DNA of 64,000 bases, taken from the NCBI GenBank assembly GCA_964291415.2, contig OZ219917.1, forward strand, positions 320,001 to 384,000, given 5' to 3'. Both the position numbers and the translations under genes were made by a program. Shown in pieces: positions 43,152 through 53,154 of this stretch. The stretch's first letter is position 1; every line of letters begins with the position of its first letter. The notes beneath the pieces were generated by a model that saw nothing but the letters and a program-made list of their open reading frames with translations, was not told the DNA's origin and did not search any database. This DNA comes from Alphaproteobacteria bacterium. GTDB lineage: Bacteria; Pseudomonadota; Alphaproteobacteria; SP197.

Positions 43152-44306
43152 ATGACCGAGGTTCTTCAGGTCGACTTTGCCCGTCCACTCGGCGCCGATC
43201 CCCGCCGTTCCTACACGTTGCCTTCGCGCTACTACACCGATCCCGAGATATTCGAGCTGGAACGGGAAAGGATCTTCTACCGTTCGTGGATGTACCTGTG
43301 CCATGCCAGCGAGGTGGCCCGTCCTGGCGACTACCTTGCCGGCAGCATTCTCGATCAGGATGTCTTCGTGGTCCGCGACCGTTCTGGTGAGTTGCGCGGC
43401 TACTACAACGTCTGCCAGCACCGGGCGCATCGCCTCGTCGAGGGCTCGGGCACACTGAAGGCGACCATCACCTGCCCCTACCACGCCTGGGCCTACGGTC
43501 TCGATGGCCAGCTCCGCACCGCCCGCAACAGCGATGGCGTGGAGGGCTTCGACAAGTCCCAGTTTGCCCTCAAGCCTGTCCGCGTCGAGGTCCTGTGCAA
43601 CCTTGTCTTCGTCAATCTCGACAACGATGCGATTCCCCTTGCCAGCCAGGCGCCCAACCTCGAGGCCGACATCTGCCGGGAACTTCCCTACTGGGAGGAT
43701 CTCACCCTCACCGAGACCTATGACTTTGGCGGCCGGGCCATGGATGCAGGGTGGAAGGTGGTCATCGACAACTATGTCGAATGCTACCACTGCGAAGTAG
43801 CGCATCCGCAGTTCTGCGACATCATCTCCATGCCGACCTACGAGAACACCATCGATGGCATCACGGCGCGTCAGAAGGGCTGGGACGTCTTCCATGACAA
43901 CAGCGCCTATCGCCTCAGCCGGGATGCCCGCATGCCTCATTCGCTCTTCTGGTACGTATGGCCGACCACGACCATCAACGTCATGCCGGGAGACGGGGAC
44001 CTCCTGATCACCACCGCGGTACCGGTCAACCACCTCGCCACGCGGTTCATCAACTACCGATTCTCCCCCGACGGCACGCCTGACACCGAGGACCGGCGCA
44101 ACTACCTGGAGAACGTGCTCGGAATGGAAGACTTGCTGCTGTGCGAATCGGTTCAAAGGGGACTGTTCTCGCGCGGTTACGACCAGGGTCGATTCATCGT
44201 CCACAGCGAGGATAGCGGTGTGGGCGAACATGTCGTCCACCACTTCCACAGGATGGTGCGCGATGCCCTGGACGGTCAGGGAAGCGAGCCGAACCGCTCC
44301 CTGTAG
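43152..44306 (+). CDS. Rieske non-heme iron oxygenase alpha subunit (CntA/choline monooxygenase-like)
   Basis: CQHRAH...CPYHAW Rieske ligands; WKVVIDNYVECYHCEVAH; EDLLLCESVQRGL. Confidence 0.9.
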   Translation: MTEVLQVDFARPLGADPRRSYTLPSRYYTDPEIFELERERIFYRSWMYLCHASEVARPGDYLAGSILDQDVFVVRDRSGELRGYYNVCQHRAHRLVEGSGTLKATITCPYHAWAYGLDGQLRTARNSDGVEGFDKSQFALKPVRVEVLCNLVFVNLDNDAIPLASQAPNLEADICRELPYWEDLTLTETYDFGGRAMDAGWKVVIDNYVECYHCEVAHPQFCDIISMPTYENTIDGITARQKGWDVFHDNSAYRLSRDARMPHSLFWYVWPTTTINVMPGDGDLLITTAVPVNHLATRFINYRFSPDGTPDTEDRRNYLENVLGMEDLLLCESVQRGLFSRGYDQGRFIVHSEDSGVGEHVVHHFHRMVRDALDGQGSEPNRSL

Positions 44307-45094
44307 AACTGAAGTATGGCCGCCGCGGTTTCCTCGATGGAACGCCGTGTGACGTCGATCACCGGCCAGCCCCGTTCCTCGTAGAGTCTGCGGGCTTCCG
44401 CCATCTCGCGGCGCACGGCATCGGGCTCGATGTAATCGCTTTCCTCGTCCTGGTGGAGAAGCTTCATGCGGTTGCGCCGGACCTGGACCAGGCGTTCCAT
44501 GTTCTGGCTGAGGGCGACGATGAGCGGCCTGGTCGCCTCGAGAAGTTCCGCCGGCGGCGCCACACCCGGAACAATGGGCACGTTGGCCGCCTTGACGCCC
44601 CGGTTGGCGAGATAGAAACAGGTCGGCGTCTTGGAGGTGCGTGACACACCGACGACGATGACATCGGCATCGTCGAGATCATGTGGCGACTGGCCGTCGT
44701 CATGGCGGACGACGAACTGGATGGCCTCAACCCTGTCGAAGTAGTCTGCATTGAGGGCGTGCTGCCCTCCGGGCTGCCCCTTGACCGGCTGGTCGAGAAC
44801 ACCGGACAGGGCGGCAAGGACAGGATCGAGAAGCGGTACCGAAACGATCCCGAGATTCTGGCATCCCCTGACCAGCTGGTCGCGGCGTTCCGGATTGACG
44901 AGCGTGAAGATGACGATTCCAGGACTCGATTCGAGAGTCTTGAGGATCCTGTCGATCTGCCGCGACGTCCGGACCAGCGTCCACACATGCTCGACCACAT
45001 CAACGTTCTCGAACTGGGCAACCGCAGCACGTCCCACCGCAAGCACTGTCTCGCCTGTTGCGTCGGAGATGAGATGCACATGAAACCTGGTCAT
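44276..45094 (-). CDS. ppsR: Pyruvate,phosphate/water dikinase regulatory kinase-pyrophosphorylase (DUF299)
   Basis: HLISDATGET, HDDGQ, VGVSRTSKTPT, DVTRRSIEETAAAI. Confidence 0.93.
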   Translation of the reverse strand: MTRFHVHLISDATGETVLAVGRAAVAQFENVDVVEHVWTLVRTSRQIDRILKTLESSPGIVIFTLVNPERRDQLVRGCQNLGIVSVPLLDPVLAALSGVLDQPVKGQPGGQHALNADYFDRVEAIQFVVRHDDGQSPHDLDDADVIVVGVSRTSKTPTCFYLANRGVKAANVPIVPGVAPPAELLEATRPLIVALSQNMERLVQVRRNRMKLLHQDEESDYIEPDAVRREMAEARRLYEERGWPVIDVTRRSIEETAAAILQFYRERFGSLP

Positions 45095-45482
45095 GGATAT
45101 GGGGAAGAAAGGCTGATCACCCTGTGGAGGGCCAGCTCCCGAGACAACCGGCGCAGAGTATCACACTCCTGGACGCCATGTGTGCGACCGTTCTTGCCCG
45201 GGGACAAACGCAATCGGGGCATCGTGGAAATCGTGCACACAAGACGGCAATCCACAATCGGCGGGGCACCACTCCACATCGTTTGTTGCCGAGGTACCGG
45301 CCCTGCTCTGCGATTCGCTTCCAACCGTACACAGGCACACCGACAGGTGTCTCCCAGAAAGGCCCGACTGTTGACAGACGCCATGACAGTCTTGCATCCA
45401 CATGATGCACATGGCTCATCATTACCACTTATTTTTATGAATGATTCTTTGATGTGGTAATGCGGTGCCAATTCGTCGGATC
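45095..45482. other. Probable chromosomal replication origin (oriC)
   Basis: Divergent DUF299/hemE intergenic region, the alphaproteobacterial oriC position. Degenerate DnaA-box-like 9-mers at 45248 (CAATCCACA), 45270 (CACTCCACA), 45394 (GCATCCACA) and 45403 (TGATGCACA). AT-rich tract at 45420-45462. Confidence 0.7.
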
Positions 45483-46526
45483 ATGCCAGTCATGTTCCCT
45501 TCCCCTCCTGAAAAATCCCTGCTCGCCGTCCTTCGAGGATCTGCACACAACCCGCCTCCGGTGTGGTTTCTGCGTCAGGCCGGGCGCTATCTTCCGGAAT
45601 ACAGGAAGCTGCGCCGGGAAAGTCCTGACTTCCTTTCCCTGTGCAACACCCCGGAACTCGCCGCGAGAATCACCCTGCAGCCGGTCGACCGCTTTGCCGT
45701 TGATGCGGCCATCGTCTTTTCGGACATCCTCATCGTTCCTCATGGCATGGGTCGTGCGGTCCGATTTCTTGAAGGCGAGGGTCCCTTCCTGACGCCTCTT
45801 CGTTGTCAGGCGGACATCGATGCCCTCGATGCGGACGGCGCTGTCGAGAAGAATCGTTCCCTTCTGGAGACCCTGCGCCTGGTGCGCGGCGAACTCGACG
45901 GCAGGACCGCCCTCATCGGATTTGCCGGCGGTCCGATCACGATCGCCGCCTACATGATTGACGGATCGGGCGGTGAGTTTCATGCGACGAAGCGGCTGAT
46001 CAAGGATGAGCCTGGTCTGATTGACCGTCTCATCGCTCGCCTCGCCGATGCTGTCACCGGTCTGTTGCTGGCCCAGATCGAGGCCGGCGCCGATGCTGTC
46101 CAGATCTTCGACAGTTGGGCCGGTCTTCTTGATGACAACGTCAGCTTTGCCCGGTGGTGCGTCGATCCGACACGGCGCATCGTCGCACGCGTGAGGGACG
46201 TTCATCCCCGGATTCCCGTGATCGGCTTTCCACGCGGAGCGGGCGGGCGCTACGCGGAGTTTGCCCGCGGGACCGGTATCCATGCCCTGCAGGTCGATCA
46301 GGATGTGCCCCTTGACATGATGCGGGATCTGCAGTCGATCTGCCCGGTTCAGGGCAATCTCGATCCCGGGATTCTCCTGGCCGGCGGCGAGGCGATGAGA
46401 CGCCAGGCGCGATCGATCGTGACGGGCCTTTCAGGGGGGAGTCACGTCTTCAATCTCGGGCACGGCATCATCAAGAACACACCGCCGTCGCATGTCGCGG
46501 ACCTGGTGAATACCGTGCGTTCCTGA
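45483..46526 (+). CDS. hemE: Uroporphyrinogen decarboxylase
   Basis: WFLRQAGRYLPEYR, AIVFSDIL, LIGFAGGP, QIFDSWAG, QGNLDP, FNLGHGI. Start uncertain. Confidence 0.96.
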   Translation: MPVMFPSPPEKSLLAVLRGSAHNPPPVWFLRQAGRYLPEYRKLRRESPDFLSLCNTPELAARITLQPVDRFAVDAAIVFSDILIVPHGMGRAVRFLEGEGPFLTPLRCQADIDALDADGAVEKNRSLLETLRLVRGELDGRTALIGFAGGPITIAAYMIDGSGGEFHATKRLIKDEPGLIDRLIARLADAVTGLLLAQIEAGADAVQIFDSWAGLLDDNVSFARWCVDPTRRIVARVRDVHPRIPVIGFPRGAGGRYAEFARGTGIHALQVDQDVPLDMMRDLQSICPVQGNLDPGILLAGGEAMRRQARSIVTGLSGGSHVFNLGHGIIKNTPPSHVADLVNTVRS

Positions 46527-46540
46527 GGGACGTTGAGGTC

Positions 46541-47572
46541 ATGGAAAGAACGGCGGTCGTGCTCTTCAACCTGGGCGGTCCCGATTCTCCGGCGGCCGTG
46601 CAGCCCTTTCTCAACAATCTCTTCAATGATCCGGCGATCATCTCCATTCCCTGGCCATTGCGTCCCGTTCTTGCCTCGGTGATATCGCATCGCCGACAGA
46701 GTGAGGCGAAGAAGATCTATGGAGCGATCGGTGGGCATTCGCCCCTTCTCGAGAACACGCGCCAGCAGGCCCGGGCGCTCGAGGCGGCCCTCGACAATGA
46801 TGCGATCAGGGTCTTCGTCTGCATGCGCTACTGGCATCCGATGAGCGAGGATGCAGCGCTCGAGGTGGCCGGGTTCGAGCCGCAAAGGGTCGTGTTGCTG
46901 CCGCTCTATCCCCAGTTCTCGACGACGACGACGGCGTCGTCGATGAAGGAGTGGGTGCGGTCGTGGAAACGTCATGGATACAAGGTGATGACCAGGGCCG
47001 TGTGTTGCTGGCCACGGGCCGGCGGACTTGTCGGCAGCTACGCGGCGGCCGTCAGGCGCGCCCTCAACGACATCGCGGGACAGCCGGCAAGGGTTCTGTT
47101 TTCCGCTCACGGATTGCCGGAGACGATCATTCGAGGCGGCGACCCCTACCAGTGGCAGGTCGAGCAGACGGCCCAGGCAATCGTCGATGACATCGGTCTC
47201 AGCGACCTCGACTGGACGGTGTGCTATCAGTCGCGTGTCGGACCACTGGACTGGATCGGTCCGTCGACGGACGGGGAAATCGACAGGGCCGGCAGGGAAG
47301 GAACCGGGGTCATTGTTGTACCCGTCGCCTTTGTCAGCGAGCACAGCGAGACCCTTGTCGAGCTCGATATCGAGTATCGTCAGCGGGCCCGGGACGCCGG
47401 ATGCCCCTTCTTCAGTCGCATACCGGCGGTTTCGTGCGACGACACCTTCATCGACGGTCTGGCGGCGCTCGTCCGGTCCGTTCTGAACGAGGATCGGCCG
47501 GATCTTGCGTCCGAACATGGCGGCAGGATCTGTCCGGCGTCGTTCACACGGTGCCCCTTGAGGACAGTGTGA
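46541..47572 (+). CDS. hemH: Ferrochelatase
   Basis: LFNLGGP, MRYWHP, LPLYPQFS, FSAHGLP, YQSRVGP, FVSEHSETLVELD. Confidence 0.96.
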   Translation: MERTAVVLFNLGGPDSPAAVQPFLNNLFNDPAIISIPWPLRPVLASVISHRRQSEAKKIYGAIGGHSPLLENTRQQARALEAALDNDAIRVFVCMRYWHPMSEDAALEVAGFEPQRVVLLPLYPQFSTTTTASSMKEWVRSWKRHGYKVMTRAVCCWPRAGGLVGSYAAAVRRALNDIAGQPARVLFSAHGLPETIIRGGDPYQWQVEQTAQAIVDDIGLSDLDWTVCYQSRVGPLDWIGPSTDGEIDRAGREGTGVIVVPVAFVSEHSETLVELDIEYRQRARDAGCPFFSRIPAVSCDDTFIDGLAALVRSVLNEDRPDLASEHGGRICPASFTRCPLRTV

Positions 47573-47573
47573 C

Positions 47574-48023
47574 ATGGACGGTTTTCTCGGTGCCTGGCAT
47601 GACGTCATCAAGGCGTTTCACATCCTGGCGGTCATCGCCTGGATGGCCGGCATGCTCTATCTCCCCAGGCTCTTCGTCTATCATGTCGACTGCGAGCCCG
47701 CATCGCGGCAGTCCGAGACCTTCAAGGTCATGGAACGCCGTCTCCTCAAGGGAATCATCAATCCGGCGATGATTGCCACCTTCGTCTTCGGCATCCTCCT
47801 GATGCTCGATGCCGGTTGGGCGCTGTGGAGCGAGGGCTGGTGGCTCGTGAAGGGTGTGGCGTTCCTGGCGATGTCCGCCGTTCACGGGTGGTTCGTGGCG
47901 TTGTGGCGGGCCTTTGCCGAGGACCGCAACCACCACACCCGCCGCTTCTTTAGGCTGATCAACGAGGTGCCGACCGTGCTGCTGGTCATCATTGTCGTCA
48001 TGGTCGTCGTCAGACCGTTCTAG
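47574..48023 (+). CDS. hemJ: Protoporphyrinogen oxidase HemJ
   Basis: KAFHILAVIAWMAGMLYLPRLFVYH, MERRL, INEVPT. Confidence 0.95.
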   Translation: MDGFLGAWHDVIKAFHILAVIAWMAGMLYLPRLFVYHVDCEPASRQSETFKVMERRLLKGIINPAMIATFVFGILLMLDAGWALWSEGWWLVKGVAFLAMSAVHGWFVALWRAFAEDRNHHTRRFFRLINEVPTVLLVIIVVMVVVRPF

Positions 48024-48054
48024 CCGGCAATCGCGCGACGCTTCAGAATCGGAT

Positions 48055-48084
48055 TTGACAGGCCCGGATGACCTGCTCTAGGTT
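48055..48084 (+). promoter_or_regulatory. Candidate sigma70 promoter for rho, followed by a pyrimidine-rich leader
   Basis: TTGACA (48055)-N18-TAGGTT; the downstream leader is C/T-rich, as expected for rut-type autoregulation. Confidence 0.45.
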
Positions 48085-48260
48085 TGCCCCCTTTCCCGTC
48101 CGTTCACCGTTTCTGTCGAATCACCCGCCTTTCCGGGACGCTGTTCGGCACCTTTCCAGACGTGACACCATGAGCGTCGTTTCGTGACCTCCCATCGCTA
48201 TTCAGCAGGTTCATCATGACCTTAACGGGCAATGAAAATGTGCAGACCGGGTTTGCAGCC

Positions 48261-49531
48261 ATGAGTCATGGGGCGCTCAATCTGCAGGAGTTGAAAAATC
48301 GCAAACCCGAGGAGCTTCTTGCCTACGGCGAGGAACTCGGTATCGAGGGAGCGAGTGTCCTCAGAAAACAGGATCTCATGTTCGCCATACTCAAGGAGAT
48401 GGCGGAACAGGATGTGCCGATCAGCGGCCAGGGCGTGCTCGAGGTGTTGCCGGACGGATTCGGCTTCCTGCGCAGTCCGGAGGCCAACTACCTGCCCGGT
48501 CCCGACGACATCTATGTCAGTCCCGGACAGATCAGGCGGTTCTCCCTCAAGACCGGCGATACGGTGGAAGGAACGATCCGCAGCCCCCGCGAGAACGAAC
48601 GATACTTCGCCCTCGTCAAGCTCAGCCACATCAATTTCCAGGAACCCGAGACGACGCGCCACAGGGTGCCGTTCGACAATCTCACACCGCTCTATCCTGA
48701 GGAAAAACTGTGCCTTGAGGTCCAGGATCCCACCAGGAAGGATCTGTCGACCAGGGTCATCGAGCTGATTTCCCCCCTTGGCAAGGGACAGCGGGCCCTG
48801 CTGACGTCACCGCCGCGCGCCGGCAAGACCGTTCTCATGCAGAACATCGCCCATGCGATCGAGAGCAATCATCCGGAAGTCTACCTTCTCGTCCTGCTCA
48901 TCGACGAGCGTCCCGAAGAGGTCACCGACATGCAGCGCCAGGTCAGGGGCGAGGTCATCGCCTCGACCTTCGATGAACCGGCCAGCCGCCATGTTGCCGT
49001 CTCCGAGATGGTGATCGAGAAGGCCAAGCGTCTCGTCGAACAAAACGCGACGTGGTGATCCTGCTGGATTCGATTACCCGCCTGGCGCGGGCCTTCAACA
49101 CCGTCGTGCCGTCCTCGGGCAAGGTGCTCACCGGTGGTGTCGACGCCAATGCCCTGCAGCGTCCGAAGCGGTTCTTCGGGGCGGCGCGCAACATCGAGGG
49201 TGGCGGCAGCCTGACCATCATTGCCACGGCACTCATCGAGACCGGCAGCAGGATGGATGAGGTCATCTTCGAGGAGTTCAAGGGTACCGGCAATTCGGAA
49301 ATCGTCATGGATCGCAAGATTGCCGACAAGCGCATCTTCCCGGCCATCGATATCGGCAAGTCCGGCACCCGCAAGGAGGAACTCCTGGTCGGCCGGGCGG
49401 AACTCGCCAAGATGTGGGTCCTGCGCCGTATTCTCATGCCCATGGGGTCCGTGGACGCCATGGAATTCCTCATCGACAAGCTCAAGAGCACGAAGAACAA
49501 CAGCGATTTCTTCGACTCCATGAACACCTGA
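48261..49531 (+). CDS. rho: Transcription termination factor Rho (one base missing at about 49042-49045)
   Basis: [37 protein letters not shown]; continues in another frame [13 protein letters not shown]...[10 protein letters not shown]...[16 protein letters not shown] is one base short of EQ/HKRDVV. Confidence 0.93.
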
Positions 49532-49555
49532 TCCAGGTTTCTCCGAGACCCCTGA

Positions 49556-51112
49556 ATGACCATCAGGCGGGCGCTTCTCTCCGTCACCGACAAGACCGGT
49601 CTGGTCGACCTTGCCCGGTTTCTCGATTCCCGGGGTGTCGAGCTGATATCAACGGGCGGCACCGCCGCGGCTCTCGCCGCCGAGGGTCTGCCTGTGACTC
49701 CCGTCAGCCAGGTCACGGGCTTCCCCGAGATCCTGGATGGCCGGGTCAAGACACTCCACCCGGCCATTCACGGCGGAATCCTGGGTTGTCGGGATGCCGT
49801 GGATCACGTCCGCGAGATGTCCGAACACGGCATCAGGGGTATCGATCTCGTGGTGGTCAATCTCTACGCCTTCGAGGACGTTGTCGCCAGGGGCGCCGAC
49901 TGGAGCGGAACGATCGAGGCCATCGACATCGGCGGCGTGGCGCTTCTTCGGGCGGCGGCCAAGAACCATGCCTTCGTGACCGTGATGACCGATCCCGAAG
50001 ACTATCCCGCCCTTGTTGACGAGATGGAACAAGGGGAAGGCGCCACCTCCGGAGACTTTCGCTTGCGAATGGCCGGCATCGCCTACCAGATGACGGCGGC
50101 CTACGATACCGCCGTGGCGACACGGTTTCTGGGAGAGTCGAACGAGACCTTTCCGCGACGACTCACCGTCTCGGGCCGCCTCGACCGCCGCTTGCGCTAC
50201 GGAGAAAATCCTCATCAGGCCGCCGCGTTCTATCATGTCGGGAGCGGGCCGCCGCGCGTGACACGTCAACGCCAGGATGGTGGCAAGGATCTCTCCTACA
50301 ACAACCTCAGCGACGCCGATGCCGCCCTGGAGGCCGTCACGGAATTCGATCCCGACCATGACGGGCCCGCTGTCATCATCGTCAAGCACACCAATCCCTG
50401 CGGCGTGGCACTCGGCCACTCTCTGGTCGATGCCTACCGCAAGGCGCTCGCCTGTGATCCGTTGAGCGCATTCGGCGGTGTGGTTGCCACCAACCAGCCC
50501 CTTGATGGCGAGACGGCGGAGGCCATCACCGGCATCTTCACGGAAGTGGTCATCGCGCCCGGTGCCAGCCGTGCGGCGCGCGACATCCTGGGAAAGAGGA
50601 AAAGTCCGAGACTGCTCCTGGCCGATGGTCCACCACCGGCAGAGGGCTCCCTGGTGATCCGGTCCGCAGGCTCAGGGCTGCTGGCGCAAGCCGCCGACCG
50701 GTACCGCCTGAAGGCCGGCGACATGAAGGTCGTGACCAGGCGCCGGCCGGACGCCGGTGAACTCGACGACATGCTGTTTGCCTTCCGTGTGGTCAAGCAC
50801 GTGCGCTCCAATGCCATTGTCTATGCCCGCAACGGACAGACCCTCGGCATCGGGGCGGGACAGATGAGCCGTGTCGACAGCGCCATGATCGCCCGGCAGA
50901 AGGCCGGCCGGTCCGGTCTTGCGCTCACCGGATCGGTGGTCGCGTCGGATGCCTTCTTTCCCTTTGCCGATGGCCTGCTCGAGGCCGCCGAAGGCGGGGC
51001 GACCGCCGTCATTCAGCCAGGCGGCAGCGTGCGGGACGAGGAGGTGATCGCCGCCGCGGATGCACGCGACATGGCCATGGTGATGACGGGCGTCCGTCAC
51101 TTCCGCCACTGA
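49556..51112 (+). CDS. purH: Bifunctional AICAR transformylase / IMP cyclohydrolase
   Basis: [64 protein letters not shown]. Confidence 0.97.
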   Translation: MTIRRALLSVTDKTGLVDLARFLDSRGVELISTGGTAAALAAEGLPVTPVSQVTGFPEILDGRVKTLHPAIHGGILGCRDAVDHVREMSEHGIRGIDLVVVNLYAFEDVVARGADWSGTIEAIDIGGVALLRAAAKNHAFVTVMTDPEDYPALVDEMEQGEGATSGDFRLRMAGIAYQMTAAYDTAVATRFLGESNETFPRRLTVSGRLDRRLRYGENPHQAAAFYHVGSGPPRVTRQRQDGGKDLSYNNLSDADAALEAVTEFDPDHDGPAVIIVKHTNPCGVALGHSLVDAYRKALACDPLSAFGGVVATNQPLDGETAEAITGIFTEVVIAPGASRAARDILGKRKSPRLLLADGPPPAEGSLVIRSAGSGLLAQAADRYRLKAGDMKVVTRRRPDAGELDDMLFAFRVVKHVRSNAIVYARNGQTLGIGAGQMSRVDSAMIARQKAGRSGLALTGSVVASDAFFPFADGLLEAAEGGATAVIQPGGSVRDEEVIAAADARDMAMVMTGVRHFRH

Positions 51113-51817
51113 TCACGCCTGCCAGCGACGGGCCGTTGCGGCGGTCTGGTTGAAGAGAATGTCGCGCTCCTCCTCCGACGGCGCGGCGGAACGCCGGAAC
51201 TCCTTGCCGAGATCCACGGCGCGCTGCACCGCCGGACGCTCCTTGATCCGTTGCCGCCAGTCCCGCACGTTGGGAACGTCGTCAAGGCTTGCCGTGAGCG
51301 GTCTTGCGATCAGAACCCAGGGCCAGCAGATCATGTCGGCGATCGAATAGGACTCCCCGACCAGCCACGCGCGCTTGGCGAGGCGGCGTTCCAGAACCCC
51401 CAGACAGCGGTCGTACTCCCGCGCGTAGCGTTCACGGGCATAAGGCTGATCGTCCGGCGCGTAGTTGACGAAGTGGGAGAGCTGACCTGCCATGGGTCCC
51501 TGGTTGCCCACCTGCCAGAACAGCCATTCGAGGGTTTCCTTTTCGCCAATCGCATCTCGGCTGAGGAAACGCCCGTGCTTGCGGGCCAGATGGAACATGA
51601 TGGCGCCCGATTCAAAGACAGGAAGCGGTGCTCCTGGATGATCGTGATCGACGATGGCGGGAATGCGGTTGTTCGGGCTTGTCTCGAGAAAGTCGGGCGC
51701 GAACTGTTCGCCCCGTGAAATGTCGACAGGGATCAGCCTGTAGTCCACCCCCAGCTCCTCGAGGAGGATGGCAACCTTCCAGCCGTTGGGTGTCGGCCAA
51801 TAGTAGAAGTCGATCAT
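51113..51817 (-). CDS. Glutathione S-transferase family protein (YfcG/Nu-like)
   Basis: WPTPNGWK, SPNNRIPAIVD, FESGAI, WLFWQ, YSIADM. Confidence 0.9.
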   Translation of the reverse strand: MIDFYYWPTPNGWKVAILLEELGVDYRLIPVDISRGEQFAPDFLETSPNNRIPAIVDHDHPGAPLPVFESGAIMFHLARKHGRFLSRDAIGEKETLEWLFWQVGNQGPMAGQLSHFVNYAPDDQPYARERYAREYDRCLGVLERRLAKRAWLVGESYSIADMICWPWVLIARPLTASLDDVPNVRDWRQRIKERPAVQRAVDLGKEFRRSAAPSEEERDILFNQTAATARRWQA

Positions 51818-51820
51818 CGT

Positions 51821-53011
51821 TCAGCTCCCGAAGACCCCGGCGCGGCGCAGCGTGGCGATGGTGCCTGAGTCGTAGCCAGCCTCCTTCAGGATCTCGTCCG
51901 TGTTCTCGCCGAGCTGCGCCCCCGGTTCGCGCAATTCGAAGTCGGACTTCGAGAACCGCGCGGCAGGCCGCGCCTGACGGACCCTGCCGACGAGGGGATG
52001 ATCGTGTTCGGTTACGATGCCGTTGGCGGCGATCTGCGGGTGACGAATCATCTCGCTGCGGTTGAGGACAGGAGCACAGGGGACATCCTCGGCCTCGAGT
52101 CGTTCCAGCCATTCGGCGCTGGTGGCCGTTTTCAGGACCTCCTGGGTCAATTCGAGCCTGGCGTCGATGTGACGCTGGCGCCCCGCCGGTGTACGAAAGC
52201 GCTCGTCGTCGAGCCACTCGGGCCTGTTGAGTGCGCGCGTGAGCGCTTCCCACTCCTTGTCCTGCTGAACCGCCACTGAAATGTAGCCGTCAAGCGTCTC
52301 GTAGATGAGATCGATGAAACTCTGGGCATGCTGCTGGCGGATACCGTGATCGACCATGGTCTGGGATTCCATGTCCGATCCCCACAGGAAGGCGATGACC
52401 GAATCGAGCATGGAGACGTGGATCGCCTGGCCCTCTCCGGTCTTCTCCCGGTTGAAGAGTGCCGCCGCGATCGCCTGGGCGGCGACGATGCCGGTGAGCT
52501 TGTCGGGGATAATGGTCCGTACCAGGCGCGGCCGCGCCTCGTCCGATCCGGCCTGAACGGTCGTCAGCCCGGAAAGCGCCTGCACAAGGGGATCATAGAC
52601 CGGCTTTGATGCATAGGGTCCGGTGGCGCCGAATCCCGAGATCGACACGTGAATGATGTCAGGCACGTGTTTCCTCACATCGTCCTCGCCGATCCCGATG
52701 CGTTCCGCCACTCCGGGCCGGAAGTTGTGGACCAGAACGTCGCTCCTCGCGACAAGGCGCATCAGCACCTCGGTGCCGCGCGGGTGCTTGAGGTCGATGG
52801 CGATGGATCGCTTGTTGCGGTTGTTGTTGAGATAGGACGATGCGAGACCGTGTTCATTTGCCGACACGCCGCGCGTGGTATCTCCGCCGCGGGCGGGGTT
52901 CTCGACCTTGACGACATCGGCGCCCTGATCGGCGAGCAGCATGGTGGCGGTCGGTCCCGACACCATGCCGGTGAGATCGATGATGCGCACCCCGTGCAAT
53001 GCACCCGGCAT
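51821..53011 (-). CDS. CaiB/BaiF family III CoA-transferase
   Basis: LHGVRIIDL, LADQGADVVKVE, NRNKRSIAIDLK, HNFRPG, SISGFGATGPY, VYD. Start uncertain. Confidence 0.9.
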   Translation of the reverse strand: MPGALHGVRIIDLTGMVSGPTATMLLADQGADVVKVENPARGGDTTRGVSANEHGLASSYLNNNRNKRSIAIDLKHPRGTEVLMRLVARSDVLVHNFRPGVAERIGIGEDDVRKHVPDIIHVSISGFGATGPYASKPVYDPLVQALSGLTTVQAGSDEARPRLVRTIIPDKLTGIVAAQAIAAALFNREKTGEGQAIHVSMLDSVIAFLWGSDMESQTMVDHGIRQQHAQSFIDLIYETLDGYISVAVQQDKEWEALTRALNRPEWLDDERFRTPAGRQRHIDARLELTQEVLKTATSAEWLERLEAEDVPCAPVLNRSEMIRHPQIAANGIVTEHDHPLVGRVRQARPAARFSKSDFELREPGAQLGENTDEILKEAGYDSGTIATLRRAGVFGS

Positions 53012-53154
53012 CGTTTCCAGAGCCTCCATCTGACAAGGGGACATGCCATGGAGTGCCTCGACAGGACAAGCCCGGGATTCGGTCTCTGGCACCTTGCAAT
53101 TGTTCCTGAGGACCACGACGCTGGCGGCGGACAGTTGAGCGAGGATGATTTCCC

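Noticed and set aside
49035-49060. Programmed frameshift in rho
   Set aside because: I know of no precedent, and a single missing base in an A-run matches the error pattern elsewhere in the window.
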